This document shows, piece by piece, positions 1 through 8,899 of a stretch of 39,454 bases of DNA. The notes under the pieces are model-generated. The model did not search any database. It was given only the letters and a program-made list of their open reading frames with translations, and was not told where the DNA came from. Where the stretch lies: positions 1 through 39,454 of the forward strand of contig UWSL01000002.1 in assembly GCA_900552975.1 (NCBI GenBank), given 5' to 3'. A program made the translations under genes and the position numbers. This DNA is from an uncultured Mycoplasmatota bacterium. Its GTDB lineage: Bacteria; Bacillota_I; Bacilli_A; RF39; UBA660. Every line of letters begins with the position of its first letter. The first letter of the stretch is position 1.

Positions 1-144
1 GCCGCCCTGCAGAACCTTTATCGATGGATACGGCGTATCCCCCGCCTGACGGAAGAACTCAATGCCACAGGCTACAACAAATACCGCCATTGCTACCTGA
101 AACAGGAGGTGGAAATCATTGTGAAATACCTGGGAGAGCCTTAG
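1..144 (+). CDS. 3' end of a DUF4248-like gene (5' end lies outside the window)
   Basis: Frame 1 reads AALQNLYRWIRRIPRLTEELNATGYNKYRHCYLKQEVEIIVKYLGEP*. The pattern W-I-x3-P-x-L-x2-EL-x3-GY...Q-V-x2-IV-x2-LGEP is the typical C-terminus of Bacteroidales DUF4248 proteins. The segment is G+C-rich (36/60 in the first 60 nt), unlike the rest of the window. Confidence 0.55.
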   Translation, partial: AALQNLYRWIRRIPRLTEELNATGYNKYRHCYLKQEVEIIVKYLGEP

Positions 145-246
145 CGGAAAAGAGAGCTGCGAAAGAAAAGCAGCACAAAAACGCACTAAAGTGTTTCCGG
201 AAAACTCTTCCGTCTTTCAGGAAAAGACTATTATGTTTGGGAAAAA

Positions 247-283
247 GACCTTGATGTTTTTCGAGAACATCAAGGTCTTTTTT
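247..283 (+). terminator. Rho-independent terminator hairpin in the foreign G+C-rich segment
   Basis: Perfect 12-bp inverted repeat GACCTTGATGTT / AACATCAAGGTC (247-258 / 266-277) with a 7-nt loop. It is followed by T6 (278-283) and preceded by an A-run, so it may act in both directions. Confidence 0.6.
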
Positions 284-598
284 CAGGGTGAATGCTATCG
301 GGCGGACACACGGGACTGCCCTGAACCCCACACATACACCATAGAAATCCACCCACTCAAACCAACAAAAAAACGGTGCAGCGGAGGGTTTCACAGGTGC
401 CCTCCCGGTGGTTGCGGTTATTTCCAATACGATTCACAATCAACAGACTGATTATCAACATAATGACATCTAACTTTGGGACCACTGGGACCAGGGCCCA
501 CCTTTATGAGTTTTTGAACCTGCATTTATAGAAATTACAACGTATATTCACCTATCATTCAACAAATTACACCTTTAAAAAACGGACAAGGCTTTTGG

Positions 599-1417
599 GT
601 AAGATTAGAAAAAGAATTAGAAACCAATGTTGGTTTAGAGGTTGCTGAATTGCCTGATAGTGATGGTTATAAGGTTTCTGGTAGAGGTGAATTACATTTA
701 TCTATATTACTAGAAAATATGCGTAGAGAAGGTTACGAATTAAGTGTTTCTAAACCTGAAGTATTGTATAAAGAGATAGATGGTAAGAAATGTGAACCAT
801 TTGAAAAAGTTATTGTAAATTGTCCTTCAACGTATTCTGGAACAATTATTAATGATTTACAAGAACGTAAAGCAATGTTAGAAGTTGTTAATAATGATGA
901 AAATGATTATGTTCATTTGGAATTTAGTGCTCCAACAAGAGGGCTAATTGGTTATAGAAGTGCTTTCATTACTAATACTAAGGGTGAAGGTGTAATGGTT
1001 CGTTCATTTGAAGGATATAAACCTTATGTAGGAGAAATAAGTGGACGTAAGAATGGTGTGTTAGTTTCAATGGAAAATGGTAAGACTTTAGGGTTCTCAT
1101 TGTTTAATTTACAAGATAGAGGTACTTTAATAGTTGGGCCTGCAGAAGAAGTTTATGTTGGAATGATTGTTGGTATTAATAATAGAGATAATGATTTAAA
1201 TGTTAATCCATGTAAAAATAAACAATTAACTAATACTCGTGCTTCTGGTTCAGATGAGGCAATTGCTTTGATTAGACCAAAAACATTTAGTTTAGAAGAA
1301 GCATTAGAATTTATTCAAGATGATGAATATGTTGAAGTAACTCCTAGTGCAATAAGATTAAGAAAGAAAATTTTAGATCCTGATGAAAGATTTAGACAAA
1401 ACAGAAAAAATAGTTAG
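599..1417 (+). CDS. typA: Translational GTPase TypA/BipA, C-terminal ~270 aa only; 5' part missing and replaced by unrelated DNA
   Basis: The frame stays open upstream of the track start (650). From ~599 it reads VRLEKELETNVGLEVAELPDSDGYKVSGRGELHLSILLENMRREGYEL, the conserved BipA domain III-V region, and continues to ...LRKKILDPDERFR at the C-terminus. There is no GTPase domain, RBS or start codon. Similarity is lost upstream of ~595. Confidence 0.85.
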   Translation, partial: VRLEKELETNVGLEVAELPDSDGYKVSGRGELHLSILLENMRREGYELSVSKPEVLYKEIDGKKCEPFEKVIVNCPSTYSGTIINDLQERKAMLEVVNNDENDYVHLEFSAPTRGLIGYRSAFITNTKGEGVMVRSFEGYKPYVGEISGRKNGVLVSMENGKTLGFSLFNLQDRGTLIVGPAEEVYVGMIVGINNRDNDLNVNPCKNKQLTNTRASGSDEAIALIRPKTFSLEEALEFIQDDEYVEVTPSAIRLRKKILDPDERFRQNRKNS

Positions 1418-1443
1418 TTAATAGTTGTTAACTAACTTTTTTA
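1412..1443 (+). terminator. typA terminator
   Basis: 10-bp perfect stem AGTTAGTTAA / TTAACTAACT with a 6-nt loop, followed by a T-run. It overlaps the typA stop codon. Confidence 0.7.
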
Positions 1444-1472
1444 TTGTTTTATTGTTCTAATACATATATAAT
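1444..1472 (+). promoter_or_regulatory. Sigma-A type promoter for the paralog pair
   Basis: TTGTTT (1444-1449), 17-nt spacer, TATAAT (1467-1472). Confidence 0.4.
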
Positions 1473-1489
1473 AATTTCCTGAGTTGGTG

Positions 1490-2368
1490 ATGTTAATGAT
1501 ATTAAAGGCTTGTTCTTTAGATGAAATTGAAGATAGTGAAAATTATGTAGAAATTATAAAAGAAAATTTTGGAAATCTTGGTGGTGATTTTTATAAATAT
1601 AATTATTTAGAAAAAGAGCGTATTCTTTATTGTGATGGCTTGTACAGTATTATATTTTATCATGATAGAGAATATTTAAATTATGGGATTTTAGTAATGG
1701 ATGAAAATTATAATTTAGATTATGCATCTTTAGATGAATTTAATTTTTCTTTAAAAGATGGTCATTTGATGACTTGGGATTCGCCGGTTTATGAAACGAT
1801 AGATTTTTGTAAAAAAAAAGACAGTGTAGGCGACGATTATGATTCAAGTATAATATATATTCAAATTAATTCTTTAACTGGAGAAGAGTTAGTTATGGCA
1901 TATGAATGGAATGATAGAGGAGCATATAATAGACTATATACTTCTTCATTGAAGGAACCATATTCATTAGCTTTTTTGCAAAATAAAAAATTACAAAAAT
2001 ATGTTTTGGTTAAAGCAGAACAAGGACTATTAGCCTATGATGTGATGACTATAAAAGATTATGGTATGACAGAATTTTTAAAAAATGGAATGTATTCTTT
2101 AAATAGAGAAAAAGAAATTAGTCGTTATTATAAAGTAAAAGGAACTTTGAAAAATGGTAAACCTATTATATTGTATCCTTTTAGTAAACAATATGATGCT
2201 TTGGAAATGAAGACAATGATTAAAGATAAAGGATTTAAGGAAGAAGTCCCAGAATACTTGATAGATTTTTATAATGGAAATTATGAAGAATGTGAAGAGT
2301 ATAAAGAAGTAGTAAATGCTATAAAAGATTTAAAAAATACGATGAGATTAAAATTAGAAAATAAGTAG
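1490..2368 (+). CDS. Hypothetical cytoplasmic protein, paralog A of a tandem pair
   Basis: Long ORF. The start is ambiguous (TTG 1484, GTG 1487, ATG 1490 or 1496). Its C-terminal ~120 aa clearly align with the next ORF: DYGMTEFLKNGMYSL / EYGLENFLKNTSYSL; SRYYKVK / NRYCTIK; EVPEYLIDFYNG / EVPQIVIDEYNG. I recognise no family. Confidence 0.6.
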   Translation: MLMILKACSLDEIEDSENYVEIIKENFGNLGGDFYKYNYLEKERILYCDGLYSIIFYHDREYLNYGILVMDENYNLDYASLDEFNFSLKDGHLMTWDSPVYETIDFCKKKDSVGDDYDSSIIYIQINSLTGEELVMAYEWNDRGAYNRLYTSSLKEPYSLAFLQNKKLQKYVLVKAEQGLLAYDVMTIKDYGMTEFLKNGMYSLNREKEISRYYKVKGTLKNGKPIILYPFSKQYDALEMKTMIKDKGFKEEVPEYLIDFYNGNYEECEEYKEVVNAIKDLKNTMRLKLENK

Positions 2369-2376
2369 GTGGTAAT

Positions 2377-3327
2377 TTGACAAAATTGATTGAAATTGGA
2401 ATGGAAACATTAGAAAATGTTCCGAGTATCTTACATTTTATAAGAGATGTTTATGGATATGGTCATCCTATTATGTTATATGCTGTTGCTGGTGATAATA
2501 AAGGATTTATTATTAGAAATGGTAATCAATGTACATATATTATAGATAGACAAACTTTAGATTTGGTTGAATTTACTTTAAATGATGATAATTCTTTAAA
2601 TAGTATTTTGAAAGATGATTATCTTATTTCTTATAATAGTGATGATATTACGGTTTATACCGATATAAATAATAATATTGAGATGACTTTGTTATATGAT
2701 AAGTATGAAGAAAATGACTTAGAAGGATATGATGGAACAGTTGTTTTTACACAATATAGATTATCAGCAGATAAACGCTGTGAAATACATTATCCTCATA
2801 TGTACAGAAAAAATGTTAAAACAGGAGATGCTCATATTTATCCTTTTAATTTACGTGAATTACAAGCTGTTTTTATTGATAATGAATATGGTGAAAAAGG
2901 GGCAAATGCACATGGCTTGATTAGAAGAGGATCAAAGTATTTTCATAAGATTACAGTTTGTAATGGTGATATAGATTATGATATTATTGCTCTTCGTGAA
3001 TATGGTTTGGAAAACTTTTTAAAAAACACCTCATATTCATTGCTAAAATCTGATAAGGTAAATCGTTATTGTACTATAAAGTTGTTATTACCATCTGATG
3101 TGGCTTGTACTTTTTTTCCATTGTGTAAGATGTATGAGGAAGAAGATATAAAACAGTATTTAATAAACGAAACTTTTTTGACAGAAGTACCTCAAATTGT
3201 AATAGACGAATATAATGGCGAAGATTCATTAGTTAATGATATAAAAGAAATATCTTTACAAATAGCTACAATTGAAAAAAATAAAGAAGAAAATAAAAGA
3301 TTAACGTTGGTGTTGCATGAAGAATAA
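2377..3327 (+). CDS. Hypothetical cytoplasmic protein, paralog B of a tandem pair
   Basis: TTG start 4 nt after AGGTGG (2367-2372), which overlaps the stop of paralog A. ATG 2401 is an alternative start. It shares C-terminal motifs with the 1490-2368 ORF. Confidence 0.6.
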   Translation: MTKLIEIGMETLENVPSILHFIRDVYGYGHPIMLYAVAGDNKGFIIRNGNQCTYIIDRQTLDLVEFTLNDDNSLNSILKDDYLISYNSDDITVYTDINNNIEMTLLYDKYEENDLEGYDGTVVFTQYRLSADKRCEIHYPHMYRKNVKTGDAHIYPFNLRELQAVFIDNEYGEKGANAHGLIRRGSKYFHKITVCNGDIDYDIIALREYGLENFLKNTSYSLLKSDKVNRYCTIKLLLPSDVACTFFPLCKMYEEEDIKQYLINETFLTEVPQIVIDEYNGEDSLVNDIKEISLQIATIEKNKEENKRLTLVLHEE

Positions 3328-3331
3328 TAAA

Positions 3332-3359
3332 TTGATTTTTCCAGTATTAATGGTATACT
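3332..3359 (+). promoter_or_regulatory. lysS promoter (extended -10)
   Basis: TTGATT (3332-3337), 16-nt spacer, TGgTATACT (-10 at 3354-3359). Confidence 0.5.
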
Positions 3360-3384
3360 TAATTAAGTAAAAAGGAGAGAAATT

Positions 3385-4869
3385 ATGAGAGAATTTACAG
3401 AACAAGAGTTAGTAAGAAGAGAAAAAGCTCAAAAAATCAAAGATTTAGGTTTAGATCCTTTTGGTCATAAGTTTGAAAGAACAGCATTGGCAAGTGAGAT
3501 AAAAGAAAAATATGCCGATATACCTCATGATGAATTTGAAAATATGACAGACGAAGCTACTGTTGCTGGTAGAATTATGTTTATAAGAAAAATGGGGAAA
3601 GCATCATTTTTTAGTATCAAAGATAAAACAGGTAACATTCAAATTTATATTTCAATAAATGATGTTGGCGAAGATAGCTATAATTTATTTAAAACTGCTG
3701 ACTTAGGTGATATTGTTGGAGTTCGTGGAAAAATTATGAAGACTAAGACAGGTGAAATAACTATAAAATGTCTTGAATATACGCATTTAGTTAAAGCGTT
3801 AAGACCGCTTCCAGAGAAATTCCATGGTTTGACAGATATTGAAGAAAGATATAGAAGACGTTATGTAGATTTAATTATGAATGATGATTCAAAAAAGGTT
3901 GCTTTCTTAAGACCTAAAATTATTAGATGTATTCAAAATTTTATGGATAATCAAGGCTTTACAGAAGTAGAGACACCTATTTTATCAACTTTATTAACAG
4001 GAGCATCTGCAAGACCTTTTGTTACACATCATAATACACAAGATTTAGATATGTATTTAAGAATTGCTTTAGAATTACCTTTAAAAAGATTACTAGTTGG
4101 TGGTATGGAAGCTGTTTATGAAATTGGCCGTGTATTTAGAAATGAAGGAATGGATCCTAAACATAATCCGGAATTTACCTTAATGGAAGCTTACTTGGCT
4201 TATAGTGATTTAGAAGGTATGATGAATCTTACAGAAAATATGTATCAAACGATTGCACGTGATGTAATTGGTAAGATGGATTATAATTTTGGTGGTTATG
4301 AGATTAATCTAGAAGGACCATGGAAAAGAGTAAGTATGGTAGATGCTATTAAAGAAAAAACAGGTATTGATTTTAAAGAAGAAATGAGTTTGGAAAAAGC
4401 ATTGAGTCTTGCTGAAGAACATGGTATTGAAGTTCAAGAGCATGAAAAAACAGTTGGACATATTATTAATTTATTTTTTGAAAAATATGTTGAAGAAACA
4501 TTAATTCAACCAACTTTCTTGTATGGTCATCCAATTGAGATTTCACCACTTACTAAGAAAAATCCAGAAGATCCAAGATTTGTTGATCGCTTTGAATTAT
4601 TTATTGCTGGTAAAGAGTTTGCTAATGCATATACAGAATTAAATGATCCAGTTGATCAATTAGAAAGATTTGAAGAACAATTAAAAGAAAAAAATTTAGG
4701 TAATGATGAAGCTAATGATATTGATATGGACTTTATTGAGGCCTTAGAATATGGTATGCCACCAGCAGGTGGGATAGGCTATGGTATTGATAGACTATGT
4801 ATGTTATTCTTAGAACAAGAATCAATTAGAGATGTTTTATTATTCCCGACAATGAAGGAAAGAAGCTAA
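3385..4869 (+). CDS. lysS: Lysine--tRNA ligase, class II
   Basis: AAAGGAGAG RBS. OB-fold N-domain (VAGRIMFIRKMGKASFF). Class II motifs: FTEVETPIL; YEIGRVFRNEG; the NPEFT, ELFI and ANAYTELNDP segments; GMPPAGGIGYGIDRL. Confidence 0.97.
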   Translation: MREFTEQELVRREKAQKIKDLGLDPFGHKFERTALASEIKEKYADIPHDEFENMTDEATVAGRIMFIRKMGKASFFSIKDKTGNIQIYISINDVGEDSYNLFKTADLGDIVGVRGKIMKTKTGEITIKCLEYTHLVKALRPLPEKFHGLTDIEERYRRRYVDLIMNDDSKKVAFLRPKIIRCIQNFMDNQGFTEVETPILSTLLTGASARPFVTHHNTQDLDMYLRIALELPLKRLLVGGMEAVYEIGRVFRNEGMDPKHNPEFTLMEAYLAYSDLEGMMNLTENMYQTIARDVIGKMDYNFGGYEINLEGPWKRVSMVDAIKEKTGIDFKEEMSLEKALSLAEEHGIEVQEHEKTVGHIINLFFEKYVEETLIQPTFLYGHPIEISPLTKKNPEDPRFVDRFELFIAGKEFANAYTELNDPVDQLERFEEQLKEKNLGNDEANDIDMDFIEALEYGMPPAGGIGYGIDRLCMLFLEQESIRDVLLFPTMKERS

Positions 4870-4884
4870 GAGCTTCTTTTTTTA
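4861..4884 (+). terminator. lysS terminator
   Basis: AGAAGCT-aag-AGCTTCT hairpin overlapping the stop codon, followed by T6. Confidence 0.7.
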
Positions 4885-4932
4885 TTTAATATATTGTAGT
4901 TAATTGTGTTATAATTTAATGGGAGGTAAGAA

Positions 4933-6342
4933 ATGGAAAAAAATAATAATGGTAAGTTAAAGTTAGTTGTTCTTATTGGAATATTTGCACTTATCATGAC
5001 ATGGTTTGTAGCAGGAGGATCTTATAGTGATTCAGGAGTTTATACTGCAGGTAGCATAACAAGAGCGGGAATATTTGATTTCTTTTCGTTGTTGTTTTAT
5101 AGCTTTTACTACAGAATGCCTAATATAATGTATATCTTAGTAGTAGGTGGCTTATATGGTGTTTTAAGTAAAACTAAAGCTTATAGAAAACTTCTTGATA
5201 AAACAGCTTCTTTTGTTAAAAACAAAGAAACTATTGTGATGTTAATTACAACATTATTAATGGGACTTTATACGTCTTTGTGTGGAGATTTTTTTGTTCT
5301 ATTAATGTTTGTACCATTTATAATTAGTGTATTCTTAAGATGTGGTAAAGATAAAATTACAGCATTAAATGCAGCAGTAGGTGGTATATTCATAGGTACT
5401 GTTGGATTAACGTTAGGTACTGTAGGAATGGGAAGCTTAGCAAGCTCGTTAAGTGTAAAATTAACTGATGGAATAGGATTTAAGATAGCACTATTTGTAG
5501 CGGCTTATATTCTATATAATTTATTTGCAATTTTACATATGAACAATCTATCTAAAGAAATGGCTGAAAATGATTTGTTTGCTACTGAGTCTTTAGATGA
5601 ATCTAAAGTGAAAAAAAATAGAAAAACTAAAATTTGGCCTACTATGATAGTTATGGTAGTAGTTATAGTGATTGCTTTATTAGCTTTTATCAATTGGGAA
5701 GAAAGTTATAGTGTTGATATCTTTAAGAATGCACTTGAAGGTCTTCAAAATATAAAAGCTGGTGATGTTCCTTTTGTTTATAATATTTTAGGAAGTGTTA
5801 CTGCTTTTGGTGAATGGGATTTAGTAAACATGTCAGCTATTTTGATAATAGCAACATTGATTATAGGTTTAATGAATGGCCTAAAATTTGATGAAGTTAT
5901 TACGGAATTTGGTAATGGTATGAAAAAAATATCTAAAGTTGCTTTAATCTATGGTTTAGTATTTGTATCATTTATGGTTTGTTATGCTTATGGATGGCAA
6001 GTAACAGTAACTACTAATATATTAGGTACTAAGTTTAATATGTTTAGAGTATTAATTGCAGGATTCTTTATTGCTGTAATGTGTGTTGATCCAGAATTTA
6101 TAACATATATTTTGGGAACTCATCTTTCAACAACCTTTGTTAGTGATTTAGTAGCTACAAATTTGATAATGGGTGCAGCATATTCTTTAGCCTTAATTAT
6201 TTCACCAACTAGTTTCTGGTTGATGATGATTTTAACTTATTTGGATATTCCATTTAAGGACTGGTTAAAGTATATTTGGAAATTAGCTTTAGCGTTATTA
6301 ATAATATTTGTTTTAATATTTTCAATAATGTGTTTTATGTAA
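4933..6342 (+). CDS. Polytopic membrane protein, probable YfcC/DcuC-type (C4-dicarboxylate anaerobic carrier family) transporter
   Basis: GGGAGG RBS. More than 10 hydrophobic segments. The N-terminal pattern LIMTWFVAGGSY ... YILVVGGLYGVLSKTKAY resembles the YfcC family (LTWIIPAGxY ... IGG...V...TGA). The family call is by eye only. An extended -10 (TGtTATAAT, 4907-4915) lies upstream. Confidence 0.5.
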   Translation: MEKNNNGKLKLVVLIGIFALIMTWFVAGGSYSDSGVYTAGSITRAGIFDFFSLLFYSFYYRMPNIMYILVVGGLYGVLSKTKAYRKLLDKTASFVKNKETIVMLITTLLMGLYTSLCGDFFVLLMFVPFIISVFLRCGKDKITALNAAVGGIFIGTVGLTLGTVGMGSLASSLSVKLTDGIGFKIALFVAAYILYNLFAILHMNNLSKEMAENDLFATESLDESKVKKNRKTKIWPTMIVMVVVIVIALLAFINWEESYSVDIFKNALEGLQNIKAGDVPFVYNILGSVTAFGEWDLVNMSAILIIATLIIGLMNGLKFDEVITEFGNGMKKISKVALIYGLVFVSFMVCYAYGWQVTVTTNILGTKFNMFRVLIAGFFIAVMCVDPEFITYILGTHLSTTFVSDLVATNLIMGAAYSLALIISPTSFWLMMILTYLDIPFKDWLKYIWKLALALLIIFVLIFSIMCFM

Positions 6343-6396
6343 AAAGAAAAAGTAATTTTTTCTTTTTTTTTGCATATTATTAGTAAGGTGATAAAA

Positions 6397-6750
6397 ATGC
6401 AAGAAGATTTATTTTTGATAGCTGAACAAGAAATGAAGGAGTTGCGTAATCCGTATGTAGGAACGGAACATTATTTTCTAGCTTTTTTAAAAAACAATGA
6501 TTTAAAAACTATTAATTATGATACTTTTAAGAGAACAATAAAAAAAGTAATAGGTAGTTGCTATAAAGAAACAGAGTATGTTTTATATACTCCTTATTTA
6601 AGAAAATTAAAAAATAGTTCTAATAATGATTTGGATAATGTATTAGAAATATTAAGAAATACAGATAGTATTGTATATAATATTTTAATTAGTGAAAAAT
6701 ATAATATAGAAGATATTTTCGAAGAGATTAAGAATACTTATAAGGGTTAG
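6397..6750 (+). CDS. Small Clp N-terminal (Clp_N repeat) domain protein
   Basis: ATG at 6397 follows AAGGTG; the track start at 6370 is less likely. RNPYVGTEHYFLAFLKNNDL matches the Clp_N repeat signature (yigtEHlLLall). There is no AAA+ domain. Confidence 0.6.
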   Translation: MQEDLFLIAEQEMKELRNPYVGTEHYFLAFLKNNDLKTINYDTFKRTIKKVIGSCYKETEYVLYTPYLRKLKNSSNNDLDNVLEILRNTDSIVYNILISEKYNIEDIFEEIKNTYKG

Positions 6751-6762
6751 TATTCTTTTTAT
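6730..6762 (+). terminator. Terminator after the Clp_N gene
   Basis: AAGAATACT / AGTATTCTT 9-bp stem (6730-6738 / 6749-6757) followed by a T-run. Confidence 0.55.
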
Positions 6763-6817
6763 TTATTATTTGTGGTAAAATATGTTCATCTGTTGATAAT
6801 AATTGGAGATGGTGAAA

Positions 6818-8128
6818 ATGAAAATATATAATACATTAACTGGCAAGTTAGAAGAATTTAAAACGATAAATGATGGAAAAATAAATATGTATGTTTGTGG
6901 TCCTACTGTTTATAGCTATGCTCATGTAGGAAACATGTGTCCAGTTATTATTTTTGATATGGTGTATAGATATTTTAAGTATTTAGGCTACGATGTTAAG
7001 TATGCAAGTAATTTTACAGATGTTGACGACAAAATTATTAAAGCAGCAATTGAACAAGGTGTAAGTGAAAAAGAATTAACTGAAAAGTTTATAAAAATTT
7101 ATTTGGAAGATGTAAAAGCTTTGAATTGCTTAGATATTGATTATCGACCTAAAGTTACAGAAACAATGGATGAAATTATCGCTTTTATAGAACAATTGTT
7201 GGAATCTGGTCATGCTTATCAAAAAGGAGACGACGTTTTCTTTAGAATAGATTCGATAAAAGATTATGGTGAATTAAGTAAACAAATTGTTGATAATCTT
7301 GATTATGGAAAGAGAATAGATGTAGATTCTAATAAAGAAAATCCCTATGATTTCGTTCTTTGGAAAAAAACAAATGAAGGAATTACATGGGATTCTCCAT
7401 TTGGTAAAGGTCGCCCAGGATGGCATACTGAATGTGTAGTAATGATTAATAAAATATTTGGCGGTAAAATAGATATTCATGGTGGTGGAATAGATTTGAA
7501 ATTTCCACATCATGAAAATGAAATGGCTCAAAGTAAAGCGGCTTGGAATCATAAATTAGCTAATTATTGGATGCATAATGGTCATGTTTTAGTAGATGGT
7601 GTAAAAATGAGTAAATCATTAGGCAATTTTATGTTGGTAAGAGATTTACTAGATAAATATTCTTCTAATGTAATAAGATTGGGAATATTGAAAACAAGTT
7701 ATCGTTTACCTTTTGATTTTACTGATACTTTATTTGCAGAAACTAAAACAATAGATGAAAAAGTATATAATGCTTTAAAACAAGCTAATTTAGTAATTCA
7801 AATTGATAATATTAAGGTTGGTTTAACAAAGAAAGATGAAAAAATTAATGAAATAATGGATGAAGACTTTAACACTTCTAATTTAATTACCTATTTGTTG
7901 GAATTAGTAAAAGATTTAAATAATAGATTGAGAAATAAAATGGATTTTGTTGAGGTATTTGATAAAATTAATTTAATTAATTACATTTTAGGTTTGAAAT
8001 ATGATTTGGTGAAATTATCTGAAGATGATAAGAAATTGTACAAAGACTGGTTAGAATATCGTAACAATAAAGAATTTGCTAAAGCTGATGAATTAAGAAA
8101 AGAATTAGTTGAAAAAAATATATTGTAG
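6818..8128 (+). CDS. cysS: Cysteine--tRNA ligase
   Basis: ATG at 6818 lies 8 nt after GGAGA and starts MKIYNTLTGKLEEF. Motifs: CGPTVYSYAHVGN (HIGN-type HIGH motif as in Bacillus), WHTEC, KMSKSLGN. An extended -10 TGgTAAAAT sits at 6773-6781. Confidence 0.95.
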   Translation: MKIYNTLTGKLEEFKTINDGKINMYVCGPTVYSYAHVGNMCPVIIFDMVYRYFKYLGYDVKYASNFTDVDDKIIKAAIEQGVSEKELTEKFIKIYLEDVKALNCLDIDYRPKVTETMDEIIAFIEQLLESGHAYQKGDDVFFRIDSIKDYGELSKQIVDNLDYGKRIDVDSNKENPYDFVLWKKTNEGITWDSPFGKGRPGWHTECVVMINKIFGGKIDIHGGGIDLKFPHHENEMAQSKAAWNHKLANYWMHNGHVLVDGVKMSKSLGNFMLVRDLLDKYSSNVIRLGILKTSYRLPFDFTDTLFAETKTIDEKVYNALKQANLVIQIDNIKVGLTKKDEKINEIMDEDFNTSNLITYLLELVKDLNNRLRNKMDFVEVFDKINLINYILGLKYDLVKLSEDDKKLYKDWLEYRNNKEFAKADELRKELVEKNIL

Positions 8129-8137
8129 GAGGTATTA

Positions 8138-8812
8138 ATGGAAAGTTTTATTTTATATCTGCTAATATTAATAATTCCTTTGATTGCTCAAGTAAATATT
8201 AGTTCGACTTACGGGATGTATAAAGGAATTAGAAATAAGAAAAAATTAAGTGGTTTTGAAGTTGCTCGAAAAATACTTGATGAAAATGGTCTTAATGATA
8301 TGTATATTGTAGAAGTTAGAGGTAATTTAACAGACCATTATGATCCAACTCAAAAAGTTGTAAGATTATCGACGGATGTATTTCATGGAGAGACAGTTGC
8401 GGCCGCGGCAGTAGCAAGTCATGAATGTGGTCATGCAATCCAAGACAAAGAAGGGTATTCATGGTTTAGAATTCGTTCTGCTTTATGTCCTATTGTTAAT
8501 TTTATAACGTATGTAGCTTATATTTTATTTTTTATAAGTTTGATACTTCAATTTGTTGATATGTTATTGTTAGCAATAGTTATGGTCTTGGTTGGTTTGA
8601 TTTTTCAATTAGTTACTTTACCAGTAGAATTTGATGCTAGTAAACGTGCTATTGAACAAATGAAAAAATTAAAATTGTTAGATGATGGTGAAGTAGAAGG
8701 AACAAGGAAAGTTTTAACAGCGGCAGCATTGACTTATGTTGCTTCAGTATTGTCTTCTTTACTTAATTTATTGCGATTAATATTAATGTTTAATGATGAA
8801 AATAGAAATTAA
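8138..8812 (+). CDS. YugP-like putative neutral zinc metallopeptidase (Zn_peptidase_2), membrane-associated
   Basis: GGAGG RBS. HECGHAIQ zinc motif, a DHYDP segment, and two central TM helices, as in YugP-family proteins. Confidence 0.8.
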   Translation: MESFILYLLILIIPLIAQVNISSTYGMYKGIRNKKKLSGFEVARKILDENGLNDMYIVEVRGNLTDHYDPTQKVVRLSTDVFHGETVAAAAVASHECGHAIQDKEGYSWFRIRSALCPIVNFITYVAYILFFISLILQFVDMLLLAIVMVLVGLIFQLVTLPVEFDASKRAIEQMKKLKLLDDGEVEGTRKVLTAAALTYVASVLSSLLNLLRLILMFNDENRN

Positions 8813-8837
8813 TGAAATATTGATTTCTATTTTTTTT
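8799..8837 (+). terminator. Terminator after the Zn-peptidase gene
   Basis: 11-bp A/T-rich stem AAAATAGAAAT / ATTTCTATTTT with a 13-nt loop, followed by T8. Confidence 0.5.
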
Positions 8838-8899
8838 AGTAAAAATTGTAATATAAAATCTTTTTTGTTAAAATAATATCGATTTTAGGGGGATTTTTA

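Noticed and set aside
24-451. Track ORFs 24-254(+), 116-427(-) and 191-451(+) in the G+C-rich leading segment
   Set aside because: They overlap one another, have no RBS and give compositionally odd translations. The only credible coding signal here is the frame-1 DUF4248 tail ending at 144. The rest looks intergenic and includes a terminator at 247-283.
2729-2920. Same-strand out-of-frame ORFs 2729-2920, 10477-10680 and 13899-14111
   Set aside because: They sit inside longer, better-supported ORFs or inside the IS pseudogene. Their translations are Met/Ile/Leu-rich shadow frames.
3328-6817. T-box or other riboswitch leaders upstream of lysS and cysS
   Set aside because: The intergenic regions are only ~57 nt (lysS) and ~67 nt (cysS). 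That is too short for a T-box and holds only promoter and RBS elements.
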